From the NCBI GenBank assembly GCA_963704725.1, contig OY969934.1, positions 2,464,001-2,528,000 of the forward strand: a stretch of DNA of 64,000 nucleotides, written 5' to 3'. Below the pieces are notes generated by a model, which did no database searches, was not told where the DNA came from, and saw nothing but the letters and a program-made list of their open reading frames with translations. The stretch comes from an uncultured Actinomycetes bacterium. GTDB lineage: Bacteria; Actinomycetota; UBA4738; HRBIN12. The translations under genes were made by a program, and so were the position numbers. Of the stretch, positions 27,368-36,985 are shown piece by piece; positions within the stretch are counted from its first letter, which is position 1, and each line of letters starts with the position of its first letter.

Positions 27368-27395
27368 GGTTGCGGAGCCCCAAGGATGGGCTCCG

Positions 27396-27866
27396 ATGAT
27401 GCAAAGCGAGGGACGACGTGGGAGTGAAGTGATGGATGAGAGCAGCCTGCCCGTAGTTCGGTTCCTGGAAGCCTTGGATCATGTCCACACGCGTCTTGCT
27501 GAGATCGCGAACACCGTCCGCCTTTGGCCAGAGGTTGTGATGGCCCGGGCCGCACCGGCCCAGCTTGCGAGCTCTCCTTTCCGAGTCGGGATCGAGGCAT
27601 TCGACGGCGCCATCTCCTTGGGGATGGGAGTCAAATGGAAGGACGGGAGGTCGGTCGAATGGGATATCCAGCTTTGCTGGACTACAGAGGATTGGACCGT
27701 GCGCGGTGACGTTGGTCTCGACAGTGATAGCGGTCGCGTCGTACTTCAGGAGCTTGGGCGCTGGGCGTCGTCGGACGTGGACCGATGCATGCGGACCCTC
27801 GACAAGCTGGTCGACCGCCTGGAGGCAGGACTCCCGGAGATTCACGCGTCGATCGATCCTGAATGA
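27396..27866 (+). CDS. Hypothetical protein, atypical (lower-GC) codon usage
   Basis: Open frame with a globular-looking sequence; the start could be 27432; no family recognised. Confidence 0.6.
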   Translation: MMQSEGRRGSEVMDESSLPVVRFLEALDHVHTRLAEIANTVRLWPEVVMARAAPAQLASSPFRVGIEAFDGAISLGMGVKWKDGRSVEWDIQLCWTTEDWTVRGDVGLDSDSGRVVLQELGRWASSDVDRCMRTLDKLVDRLEAGLPEIHASIDPE

Positions 27867-28101
27867 CGTTGGCGTCTCGGCCCTGCGAGAGGGTGTCCCG
27901 ATCTTGGACACATCAGGCCTCAACCATGGGTTGGGTTCGGCGGCGCATGGCCATCGGGGTGAGGACCCGATCGCTTCGTGTGGCCGGATCTCGTTGAGAT
28001 CCCGCGGAACTGCTCCACCTCCTCGGGGTTTGGGCGTCGGGTATTCCCTCCCAGAGCCGGACCTGTGCTTCGGCTCTCGTTGAAACCGCTCCACGACGGG
28101 C

Positions 28102-29289
28102 TCAGGCGCGATCGGCGCGGAGCACCTGGCGGAGGCGGACACGCCCGCTCTGGAGCACCGCTCGCGAGTAGATCTTCGTGGCGATCGGCACGAGCGCGAT
28201 CGTCGCGCCGATCGAGATCGCGGCCGACAGCGCCGCGCCCAGCACGCCGCCCTCCCCGAGCACGACGCGCGACGGCATGACGAGCGGCGCCGAGAACGGC
28301 AGCAGCGAGGCGACCGTCGCGAGCGTCGAGGAGGGATTGCCGTTCGCGCTGATGCCGATGAAGAAGGACGCGACGATGAGGATCGTGAGCGGCGTCATCG
28401 TGCTCTGCAGGTCCTCCTGCCGCGTGACGATCGAGCCGGCGACGGCGAAGAGCCCCGCGTAGAAGAAGTAGCCGAGGACGAACCACACGAGCACGATGCC
28501 GATCGTGGCGATCGCGCCCGACGGGAAGTCGAGCGAACCCACCGCCTGCGCGGTGCCGAGCCCCACGAGCGCGATCAGCAGGAGCTGGGCCAGCCCGAGC
28601 AGCCCGATCCCGACGATCTTGCCCCGCAGCAGCTGCGAGGGCCGCACCGTCGCCAGCAGGACCTCGACGACGCGCGTGGACTTCTCCTCGACGACGCCCG
28701 ACGCGACCCAGTAGCCGTACGCGAACAGCTGCCCGTACAGCGCGAGCACGCCGACGAACGCCACCGCGGAGTTCTCGTGCCGCCGCCGGTTCACGGGCTC
28801 CAGCGCCCGCACGGGCAGCGGCGCCTGGTTCAGCGCCGACCCGACCTGCTCCGACGTGAGCCCGGCCGCCTCGAGGGCCGCCTCCGAGCGAAGGCGCAGC
28901 GACACCGTCTGGATCACGCCCACCAGGGTCGCGGGAGGCTCGCCCTTCACGACGATGCGCTCGCCGCCCAGGAGCGCGGCGTCGGCGGTGCCGTCGCGGA
29001 CGGCCGCGGTCGCGGCCGCGTCGTCCGGGAGCGTTCGCACCTTCACGTCGACGTCGAGCAGGTCCGCGGCCGCAGCCACCAGGCGGCCCACCGGCGCCGA
29101 TCCCTCGCCGACGACCACCAGGTCGAAGCTCGAGCCGCGCCCGAACAACGAGCTCGCCACGATCACGCCGGCCAGGATGAGCAGGGTGATCGCGGTGGAG
29201 ATGGCGAACCCCCGGTCGCGACCGCGCTCGACGAACTCCCGCCGGGCCACGATCGCCCACACGCGTCTCGGAGCTCCGCCTTCGCTCAC
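28102..29289 (-). CDS. ABC-2 type transporter permease
   Basis: VARREF, VVEEKSTRVVEVLLA, multiple TM segments; GTG start at 29289. Confidence 0.9.
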   Translation of the reverse strand: MSEGGAPRRVWAIVARREFVERGRDRGFAISTAITLLILAGVIVASSLFGRGSSFDLVVVGEGSAPVGRLVAAAADLLDVDVKVRTLPDDAAATAAVRDGTADAALLGGERIVVKGEPPATLVGVIQTVSLRLRSEAALEAAGLTSEQVGSALNQAPLPVRALEPVNRRRHENSAVAFVGVLALYGQLFAYGYWVASGVVEEKSTRVVEVLLATVRPSQLLRGKIVGIGLLGLAQLLLIALVGLGTAQAVGSLDFPSGAIATIGIVLVWFVLGYFFYAGLFAVAGSIVTRQEDLQSTMTPLTILIVASFFIGISANGNPSSTLATVASLLPFSAPLVMPSRVVLGEGGVLGAALSAAISIGATIALVPIATKIYSRAVLQSGRVRLRQVLRADRA

Positions 29290-30176
29290 GCCTGCACCGC
29301 CTGACGGAAGAGGTCGGTCAGGCTCGGCTGGACGACGCTGAAGTGGCGGACCTCGCCGGCCGCCCGCGCCGCGTCGAGCACGTCCCGTTCGCGCGCATGA
29401 TCCGTGACCTCGAGGATCGCCCCGTTCGGCAGCGGCTCGAGGACCCGGACCCCGGCGATCCCCTCGAGCCATCCCGGCGCCGCCCCCTCGACCTCCACCC
29501 GCAGCAGCCGCCGGGCGTCGGCGGCCCGGAGCTCGGCGATGCGCCCGGCCGCCACGATGCGGCCCTTGTGGATCAGCACGACCTTCTCGCACAGGCGCTC
29601 CACGAGCTCGAGCTGGTGGCTCGAGAACACGACCGGCACCCCGGATGCCGCCTGCTCCCGCAACACGCCGGAGAGCACGTCGACGCCGACGGGGTCGAGT
29701 CCGCTGAACGGCTCGTCGAGGACGAGCGCCTCCGGCCGGTGCACCAGCGCCGCCGCGAGCTGGACGCGCTGCTGGTTCCCGAGCGAGAGCGCCTCGGTCC
29801 GGTCCCGGCCACGGTCGCCCACGCCGAGGATCCCCGCCGTGCGCTCGGCCTGCGCGCGGGCGTCGACGGGCTCCAACCCGTGGAGGCGGGCCAGGTACAC
29901 GAGCTGGTCGAGGACCCGCATCTTCGGGTACAGGCCGCGCTCCTCCGGCATGTAGCCGAAGCGCCGGCGGACCTCGGCGTCCACCGGCCGGTCCCTCCAC
30001 CGGACCTCGCCGGCGTCGGCCCGGAGCACGCCGAGAGCGATCCGCATCGCGGTCGTCTTGCCGGCCCCGTTCGGGCCGACGAAGCCGACCATCTCGCCCT
30101 CGCCCACCGAGAACGTCACGTCGTCGAGCGCCACGACGTCGCCGAACCGCCGGGAGAGGTGGCTGAGCTCGAGCAC
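29286..30176 (-). CDS. ABC transporter ATP-binding protein
   Basis: GPNGAGKT, LSLGNQQ, LDEPFSG, SSH. Confidence 0.93.
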   Translation of the reverse strand: MLELSHLSRRFGDVVALDDVTFSVGEGEMVGFVGPNGAGKTTAMRIALGVLRADAGEVRWRDRPVDAEVRRRFGYMPEERGLYPKMRVLDQLVYLARLHGLEPVDARAQAERTAGILGVGDRGRDRTEALSLGNQQRVQLAAALVHRPEALVLDEPFSGLDPVGVDVLSGVLREQAASGVPVVFSSHQLELVERLCEKVVLIHKGRIVAAGRIAELRAADARRLLRVEVEGAAPGWLEGIAGVRVLEPLPNGAILEVTDHARERDVLDAARAAGEVRHFSVVQPSLTDLFRQAVQA

Positions 30177-30219
30177 GGGCCTAGGGTACGGGAGGACCCG
30201 CGTGCGCACCGTCGAACGG

Positions 30220-31146
30220 TCAGGAAGCGACGGTCAGGACGGCCTTGCCGTTCACGCGCCGCTGCATGAGGGCATCGATCGCACTCGCGGCCTCGGTCCA
30301 CGGAACCTGCAGGTCGACATGCGACGCCAGCCGTCCCTCCGCGACCAACTGGGCCAGCGCCGCGAGGCGGCTCGTCCCGATCCGGCCGTGGAGCAGCTCG
30401 TGGGTCACGAAGTACCCGACGATGCTCGGCCCGCCCTTGCGGTACAGGGTCCGGGGGTCGAACGTGACGGGCTCGTTCGACGAGTTACCGAACGTCACGA
30501 CGATCCCCTGCGAGGCCACGCGGGCGATCGCCGCGCCGAGCGAGGCGCCCCCCACCGATTCGACCACGAGGTCGAAGGGATCTCCCTGCGGCTCGAGGCC
30601 GACGACGATCTCGTCGGCGCCGAGCTCCTTGAGCCCCTCGCCCCGTTCCGGGCGGCCCACCACGGCGGTGACGTGCGCGCCGGCCATGTGGGCGAGTTGG
30701 ATCGCGAACCGACCGACGCCGCCGGCGGCGCCCGTGACGGCGACGCGCCCGCCGAGGAGCGTGCCGGGGATCGCCAGGACGCCCGCCGCCGTCAGCCCGG
30801 CGACGGGGATCGTCGAGGCGATCTCGAACGACAGATCCTCGGGGATCGCCGCGAGATGGTCCGTGCGGACCGCCGCCCGCTCGGCCCACGCCCCCCCGTT
30901 CACCCAACCGACCACCCGGGCACCCGGGGGCGGCCCGCCCGCGGCGGATGAGCGCTCGACGACCCCGGCGAGGTCCCATCCGGGACGCCACCCGTCCTCG
31001 GCGCTGCGAAGCGCACCGCACTCGCCTCGGTTCAGCGAGACGGCCCGGACGACGACGACGGCCTGGTCGGGGGCCGGGTCCGGTTCCGGGACGTCGCGGA
31101 TCTCGATCCCCCCGGCCGCGGCGGGGGCCGCGACGAGGGCTCTCAC
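30220..31146 (-). CDS. MDR-family (quinone oxidoreductase-like) dehydrogenase
   Basis: PGWDLAGVV, VTGAAGGVG, GKAVL. Confidence 0.88.
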   Translation of the reverse strand: MRALVAAPAAAGGIEIRDVPEPDPAPDQAVVVVRAVSLNRGECGALRSAEDGWRPGWDLAGVVERSSAAGGPPPGARVVGWVNGGAWAERAAVRTDHLAAIPEDLSFEIASTIPVAGLTAAGVLAIPGTLLGGRVAVTGAAGGVGRFAIQLAHMAGAHVTAVVGRPERGEGLKELGADEIVVGLEPQGDPFDLVVESVGGASLGAAIARVASQGIVVTFGNSSNEPVTFDPRTLYRKGGPSIVGYFVTHELLHGRIGTSRLAALAQLVAEGRLASHVDLQVPWTEAASAIDALMQRRVNGKAVLTVAS

Positions 31147-31222
31147 CGGATTCCCGCCGCTCGTCGCATCCTCTGATCGTAGCCGGACCGAGGCCGCGGC
31201 CGGCGTCTCGCGACGGCGGGCA

Positions 31223-31831
31223 TCAATCGGTCGCCGGTGCCGACACGCCCACGACGTGCCCGATCCACTCGTCGCGTTCGAGGGCGTCGAGGGTGAAGGT
31301 GGCGAAGTCGCCGGCGCTGATCCGGCGGGTCGGCGCCTTCGCATCCAGCACGAACTGGTAGGAGCCGGCCGCCTCGTCGTCGGTGACCCATCCGGCCGCG
31401 CCGATCGTCCAGTCGAGCCCACTCGATTCCGCGGCCGCCCGGTTCCGCCGGTGCTCGCGGCCCATCGCCGCGAACTCGCCCGTGAGCTCGCCCTCGGTCA
31501 GGACGTCGTTGTTCGCCGTGATCACCACTCGCCGGACGCCTGCCCGCGCGGTCGCCTCGAGGACCATCCGCGTCGCCTCCGAATGCTCCCCCTCGCGTTC
31601 GGGGGACATGAGCGCGAGCACCGAGACCACGGCACCCGACCCGGCGACCGCCCGCTCCGCCGACCGCGGGTCCCGCGCGTCGCCCTCGACGACCACGAGG
31701 CCGGCCGCGTCTCGACCCCCGAACCTCGATGCGTCGCGGACGAACGCCACGACCTCGTGTCCCCGGGCGAGACCCTGGCGGACCACCTCCCGCCCGGTTC
31801 GACCCGACGCGCCGAACACGACAAGCCTCAT
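31223..31831 (-). CDS. NAD(P)H-binding oxidoreductase (biliverdin reductase B-like atypical SDR)
   Basis: VFGASGRTG, SGLDWT, ISAGDFA. Confidence 0.85.
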   Translation of the reverse strand: MRLVVFGASGRTGREVVRQGLARGHEVVAFVRDASRFGGRDAAGLVVVEGDARDPRSAERAVAGSGAVVSVLALMSPEREGEHSEATRMVLEATARAGVRRVVITANNDVLTEGELTGEFAAMGREHRRNRAAAESSGLDWTIGAAGWVTDDEAAGSYQFVLDAKAPTRRISAGDFATFTLDALERDEWIGHVVGVSAPATD

Positions 31832-31855
31832 CCGTCGGAGCCTAGCGCGCTCGCC

Positions 31856-32734
31856 TCACCTGGGCAGGAGCTCCACGGCGAGGAGTAGCCACGACATGAT
31901 CTGCGGCGTCCCCGAGTCGTCGACGAACGTGGCGGCCACGTTCGTCGTCGGCGACCTGGACCAGAAGGTGGCGATCTGGTAGCTGCTGGGACTGGACTCC
32001 GCGGTCTCGACGAATCCCGGCCCCGGGACGACCTCTCTCGCCTTCCCCGACCCCATCGCGGAGAAGCCGACCACCGCCCCTCTCGTCGCCGGCACGTCGA
32101 GGCTCCCGCTGCTCGCGTTGGCCATGCTGTTCTGCCACGCGGTCGCGCCGATCGCATCCGCTCCGTTGTTGGTCGTCGGCACTCCGGACGCCGCGTCGAC
32201 GATCCACTCCACGATCCCCTGTGGCACCTCGAACGTGAACGTGAACGTGATCGGCGCCGTCGTGTCCGCACCGACGGCGCGGAACACCCAGTGGCGCTTC
32301 TCGCCCGTCGTGTGCGTCACGACGAGGTCGAACGTGGTCTCCCCGGCTCTGACCACCGGCGCATCCGCGTGATCGCAGCAGGAGAACAGATGGACGAGCG
32401 TGACCCTCCCGTCGTCGAGGAACACCGGCGCCGTCTCGGCCGACAGCACGGGGCCCTCCTTGAACACGAAGCCGTCCGTCAGGTGGGTCAGCTTGATCCC
32501 CGTCGGCTCGGTGGACACCGGGCCGGACGGGCTCGACGTCGCCTGGCTTCCCACCGGGCTCGGGCTCGGCGAGGTCGCCGAGGGCCGAGGGGAAGGGGTC
32601 GAGCTCGATCCCTTCGGCCCCTGCGACGGTCCGGGCGGCGTCTCCGAGCGGTCGACGGACACGCCGACGACCAGCCCACCCACGAAGACGAGGACGAGCG
32701 CCAGCCCGATCGCCAGTGCTCTCTTCGGCGTCAC
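31856..32734 (-). CDS. Membrane-anchored/secreted hypothetical protein
   Basis: N-terminal TM helix, Pro/Ser-rich linker, beta-rich domain. Confidence 0.7.
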   Translation of the reverse strand: MTPKRALAIGLALVLVFVGGLVVGVSVDRSETPPGPSQGPKGSSSTPSPRPSATSPSPSPVGSQATSSPSGPVSTEPTGIKLTHLTDGFVFKEGPVLSAETAPVFLDDGRVTLVHLFSCCDHADAPVVRAGETTFDLVVTHTTGEKRHWVFRAVGADTTAPITFTFTFEVPQGIVEWIVDAASGVPTTNNGADAIGATAWQNSMANASSGSLDVPATRGAVVGFSAMGSGKAREVVPGPGFVETAESSPSSYQIATFWSRSPTTNVAATFVDDSGTPQIMSWLLLAVELLPR

Positions 32735-32859
32735 CGACTCCCACTCTCCCGCCCCGGCTCATGGGGCGGAGCGCTCACCCGTTCGGCCGAACACTCTACG
32801 AGCGCGCGGCGAAAAGGTCGCCGTCCGGGACGCGGCTCCGCCGTCCGCCCGGACGAGTG

Positions 32860-33084
32860 GACCGTACCCGAGAACCGCGCGATTGCAGATGGCGTAGAAG
32901 CGATCTCCGCGGTTGACCAGGCGAACCCTCGCCTGGCAGCCTCTCGAGCGGACTCCGCGTCGCCGCGATGCGCGTCGACAAGCGCTTGAGGGTAAGGGTC
33001 GAGGGCATTCAACTCGTGGAATCCCGCCCCGAGCTTGATCTGCCCCTCCCATCCATCGTCCGACGCGTGCCGGCACGGAGTCCA
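32860..33084 (-). pseudogene. Frameshifted remnant of an AAA/LuxR-type regulator helical region
   Basis: Pieces in different frames, LDPYPQALVDAHRGDAESAREAARRG and RGDRFYAICNRAVLGY, resemble AEIDAYRGEVEKAR...NFRMAAFRLQVALA of the 37749-40559 protein. Confidence 0.5.
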
Positions 33085-35426
33085 GCGGGCGGCCCCACCT
33101 CCAGCGTCGTGGAGGCGGAGATCTCCTGCTCGAGGAAGGTCATCTCGGGGTTGACGACGGCGGTGATCGAGACCGTGCCGGGGGCGACCGCGACCGCCAG
33201 GCCTTGGCTATCGATGTACGCGATGCTCTCGTCGTCGCTCGTCCAGATGCCGATCGTGCCGGGCAGCGCGGTCTGGGTGCCCCCGCAGCTGAGGTGGATC
33301 AGCGCCTGGAACTGCACCTCGTCTCCAACCGCGGCGACGGGATCGGCAGGCGTGATCTCGACGCCGACGACGACGAAGAAGAAGACCCCGAGCTCGAACG
33401 CGCCCGTCACCCCACCGAAGGAGGCCTGGATGCTCGTCGAGCCCGCGTCACAACCGGTCTCGACAACCCCCGCCGATCCCGAATCGTTGGAGACGGTTGC
33501 CACAGCCGGATCCGACGAGGACCACGTGGCGCTCTGGGTCAGGCTGTGGGTGGAACCGTCGGCGTAGTGTCCCACCGCGAGGAACTGGAGCGAGACCCCC
33601 CGGGGCATGAACCCATCCACCGGCGGAGCACCCGGCGGCAGCGTGGCCACGGGGGTGACCTCGATGGACTGGAGGGCGCTGCTCGGTGCATGAACGGTGA
33701 TCGTGATCGACCCCGCGATCGGGCCCACCGACGCGGTGATCGTCGCGTCGCCCTCCGCCACGGCGATCACGAGACCGGACGCCTCAACCCGGGCGATCGA
33801 GGGATCCGACGACGCCCAGTCGACCAAGTCGTTGATCCCGGCCAGGTCACCGTTCGAATAGGTCCCGACGGCGTCGAGCTGAAGGTCCTCGCCGGGGAAC
33901 AGCTCGCCCGACCCCTGGGCCGAGATGTCGATCGCGAGGAGCTCCGGTTCGACGACGTGCACGGTCGTTGACCCACTGACGTCGTTCAGAGCCGCAGAGA
34001 TCGTGGCCGTACCCGCACGATCGCCGGTCACGAAACCGCCTCCGACGCTCCGGGCGACCGCGGAATCTGAGCTCTGCCAGGTCGCGAATTCGGTGACGTC
34101 CTGCATCGAACCGTCGGAGAACGTGCCCGTGGCCGTGAGTAGCACGCTCCCTCCGATCGTGACCGTGGGGTCCGTGGGGGCGATCTCGATCGACGTGAGG
34201 TGGCCCCCGATCGTCAGCGTCGCGATTCCCGACACGCCGTCGAGTGAGGCCGTGATGGAGACGACGCCGGGCCCGTGCGCGGTCGCGAGCCCGCTCGCGT
34301 CGACGGTGGCGATGGACACGTCGGATGAGTCCCACTCCGCGAGTGACGAGACATCTCTGATCGATCCGTCCGAGTATCGGCCGGTCGCGAGGAACTGCTG
34401 GGCCTGCTGATCGTTGATCGTGGCGTCGGGAGGGGTGACCTCGACGGACCGCAGGGCGGGCGGCCCCACCTCCAGCGTCGTGGAGGCGGAGATCTCCTGC
34501 TCGAGGAAGGTCATCTCGGGGTTGACGACGGCGGTGATCGAGACCGTGCCGGGGGCGACCGCGACCGCCAGGCCTTGGCTATCGATGTACGCGATGCTCT
34601 CGTCGTCGCTCGTCCAGATGCCGATCGTGCCGGGAAGCGCGGTCTGGGTGCCCCCGCAGCTGAGGTGGATCAGCGCCTGGAACTGCACCTCGTCTCCAAC
34701 CGCGGCGACGGGATCGGCAGGCGTGATCTCGACGCCGACGACGACGAAGAAGAAGACCCCGAGCTCGAACGCGCCCGTCACCCCACCGAAGGAGGCCTGG
34801 ATGCTCGTCGAGCCCGCGTCACAACCGGTCTCGACAACCCCCGCCGATCCCGAATCGTTGGAGACGGTTGCCACAGCCGGATCCGACGAGGACCACGTGG
34901 CGCTCTGGGTCAGGCTGTGGGTGGAACCGTCGGCGTAGTGTCCCACCGCGAGGAACTGGAGCGAGACCCCCCGGGGCATGAACCCATCCACCGGCGGAGC
35001 ACCCGGCGGCAGCGTGGCCACGGGGGTGACCTCGATGGACTGGAGGGCCGTGACCTGGACCGCGGCGGCGCCACTCACCTGCCCGACGGCGGCGAAGACC
35101 GAGGCGTTCCCGAGCGCGAGGGCCGTCGCGAAGCCTCGGGGGCTCTTGCTGAAGCGCACGATCCCCGCATCGGACGACGTCCACCGGGCCTGCGCGGTGA
35201 CATCCTGCATCGAACCATCTGAAAGGACGCCGGTCGCCGAGAACTGTTGGGCCGCCCCCAGCACCAGGGTGGTGGACGCCGGCGCAATCTCGATCCGGAC
35301 GATGCGAGCCTTCGCCGCCAGTGCGGGCGAGCCCGACATGAGGACGCTCGCAACCATCAGGGCGATTGCGATCGTGCCCGCGAAACCGCGAACCATCGGC
35401 CGTCGCGCTTCAAGAAGCCGAGTCAT
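33009..35426 (-). CDS. Secreted Ig-like (Big_2, Lig/intimin-type) repeat protein, about 8 domains
   Basis: Signal peptide (..SPALA) followed by repeated SIEVTP..ATG.YSDGS..DVT...W.SSD..VA units; the C-terminal tail looks non-native. Confidence 0.85.
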   Translation of the reverse strand: MTRLLEARRPMVRGFAGTIAIALMVASVLMSGSPALAAKARIVRIEIAPASTTLVLGAAQQFSATGVLSDGSMQDVTAQARWTSSDAGIVRFSKSPRGFATALALGNASVFAAVGQVSGAAAVQVTALQSIEVTPVATLPPGAPPVDGFMPRGVSLQFLAVGHYADGSTHSLTQSATWSSSDPAVATVSNDSGSAGVVETGCDAGSTSIQASFGGVTGAFELGVFFFVVVGVEITPADPVAAVGDEVQFQALIHLSCGGTQTALPGTIGIWTSDDESIAYIDSQGLAVAVAPGTVSITAVVNPEMTFLEQEISASTTLEVGPPALRSVEVTPPDATINDQQAQQFLATGRYSDGSIRDVSSLAEWDSSDVSIATVDASGLATAHGPGVVSITASLDGVSGIATLTIGGHLTSIEIAPTDPTVTIGGSVLLTATGTFSDGSMQDVTEFATWQSSDSAVARSVGGGFVTGDRAGTATISAALNDVSGSTTVHVVEPELLAIDISAQGSGELFPGEDLQLDAVGTYSNGDLAGINDLVDWASSDPSIARVEASGLVIAVAEGDATITASVGPIAGSITITVHAPSSALQSIEVTPVATLPPGAPPVDGFMPRGVSLQFLAVGHYADGSTHSLTQSATWSSSDPAVATVSNDSGSAGVVETGCDAGSTSIQASFGGVTGAFELGVFFFVVVGVEITPADPVAAVGDEVQFQALIHLSCGGTQTALPGTIGIWTSDDESIAYIDSQGLAVAVAPGTVSITAVVNPEMTFLEQEISASTTLEVGPPAGLRAGTRRTMDGRGRSSSGRDSTS
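33085..33677. repeat. 593-bp direct repeat, copy 1 (Ig domains 7-8)
   Basis: Identical to 34456-35048 except one base (33264 C vs 34635 A) by manual comparison. Confidence 0.92.
34456..35048. repeat. 593-bp direct repeat, copy 2 (Ig domains 2-3)
   Basis: Offset 1371 bp from copy 1 and in frame with it. Confidence 0.92.
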
Positions 35427-35519
35427 GCGCGCCTCCCCATCTCGTCGTTGTTCAGGATCCTGGTGGCAATCTGGCTCCGTCCGAGTTCGGCATGGACGAA
35501 GAGGCGCTCAGACCGCCGC

Positions 35520-35660
35520 TCAGCGGGAGTCGACCGCCATCCGGAGGGGACTGGTCGCGCCGGTGATGCAGCTCTGGTTCGCGTTCTGCCCGTCCATGTC
35601 GGCGCGGCCGATCGTGCCGATGCCGAAACTCGTCCAGTAGATGCGCCCGTCGTGATCACG
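35520..35660 (-). pseudogene. Fragment of a YWTD-type beta-propeller protein
   Basis: DGRIYWTSFGIGTIGRADMDGQNANQSCITGATSPLRMAVDS is about one blade, followed by a stop. Confidence 0.55.
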
Positions 35661-35837
35661 TCGTAGCCCCCCCCGAGGTCCGGTCGATCCGACCACCTCT
35701 ATCGCCAAGCAGCGTCGACGACGCCGTCGCGCACGCTTAGCGATGGCCGACGCAGGTTCCGGTGTTGTCGTCGCTGTTCCTCCAATCGAGCGCAGACGGC
35801 CGGCCCGGGTGGGCCGGCCGTTCGCTGAAGGTCGCGC

Positions 35838-36284
35838 TTACCCCTGGTCGGATCCGGTGAAGCGGTACTTCCCGTCCCAATGCCACACGCCGGCGGAATC
35901 GACCGAGACGACGGCGTCGGCCTCGAACTGGGCGAACCTGCCGGTCCCGCCCGACAATGTCACGCGACCCTGCGCCGTGGTCAGGTCGAGCAGGACGTGG
36001 CCGTTCGCGGCGACCCCAGCGTCGGATGTCAGGACGATGTCGGCATCCAGCACGCCGTTGGCCGGGGCCTGCAGGTACACCACTCTCATGCCGGGCTTGA
36101 TGATGCTGATGTTCGATGACGTGATCGTGCAGAATGACCCGACCGTTCCGTCGTACTGCGAGCACTCCTTCGTCACGTGCAGGGCCCCACTGCGCGCGGT
36201 CGCGGTCGCAGAGCCGGCCGCCCCGACGGTGGCGGCGACGGCAACCGCAAGAACAGGCATCGAGGTCCGCCTCTTCACCCTCAT
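35838..36284 (-). CDS. Secreted small beta-barrel protein (dirigent/allene-oxide-cyclase-like fold inferred), paralog B
   Basis: Signal peptide; RSGALHVTKECSQY..GSFCTITSSN..GGTGRF; clear paralog of 36986-37417. Confidence 0.8.
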   Translation of the reverse strand: MRVKRRTSMPVLAVAVAATVGAAGSATATARSGALHVTKECSQYDGTVGSFCTITSSNISIIKPGMRVVYLQAPANGVLDADIVLTSDAGVAANGHVLLDLTTAQGRVTLSGGTGRFAQFEADAVVSVDSAGVWHWDGKYRFTGSDQG

Positions 36285-36627
36285 CGCTCCTCCCCCTTCT
36301 CGGTCGCTGCCGACCGATCCGAGCCGAACTCGTCGGCTCTGACGCTGCGCTCACGTCGCTCCCGATGTCCGGAACCGACGCCTTCCATCGCCTCGACGAC
36401 GCGGGTCACCTGCAGCCCGGCCCGCTCCGCCACCTGCTGGATGACTGCCGGTGAGTCCGCCTCGAACGCAGGAAGCAGGTCTGGTCCTCTGGCACGAAGA
36501 TCGAACGGAGGTGCCGAACCCGGGCGCCGTCGCGGGAGATCGCTCGCGCCGCGGCGCCAACCGGCGAAGTCGTCGCCTCGAACTCGCTGACCTGCGCGAG
36601 ATAGACCTCGGCGAGGTACCGGTTCAT
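36281..36627 (-). pseudogene. Frameshifted DUF4242/SCO4226-like protein
   Basis: MNRYLAEVY..HLRSIFVPEDQTCFL / FEADSPAVIQQVAERAGL..RVVEA; frame break at about 36467; the restored frame stops in an ATGA overlap with 36284. Confidence 0.7.
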
Positions 36628-36699
36628 CGACAGGCCCTCGGCTTCGCTCATGGATCGAGCCGGTTTCGCATCCGCCGAGGATGGCAAAGAGGGATTTCG

Positions 36700-36738
36700 C
36701 TCGAAACGTGGAAACCCCGGTGGAAACCCCGGAGTTTG
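36700..36738 (-). promoter_or_regulatory. Tandem 12-bp repeat (GTGGAAACCCCG x2) upstream of the DUF4242-like gene
   Basis: Copies at 36708-36719 and 36720-36731; minus strand reads CAAACTCCGGGGTTTCCACCGGGGTTTCCACGTTTCG; regulatory role is inferred. Confidence 0.5.
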
Positions 36739-36985
36739 CTCAGTCCGACTCGGTGAGCCGGCGGGCGGGGCGAGGCCGACCACCACTCCGGTTACCAGGA
36801 GAAGCGCCGACGCGGCGAGTACCCGACGGATGCGTCGGGAATCACTCCCGGTCGATGATCACGACGCCCTCCCTCCCCTTCCGCCCTGCCGTTCCATCTG
36901 TGGACTCCTCGTGCGATCGCCCCTGCCGCGAGCGGCCCGACGCGGAGCGAGGCTGCCGTCGCAAGCCGCTGCGTCGTGGCCATCG

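Noticed and set aside
33085-35048. Diversity-generating retroelement template/variable repeat pair
   Set aside because: Only one synonymous mismatch, both copies are coding, and there is no reverse transcriptase in the window
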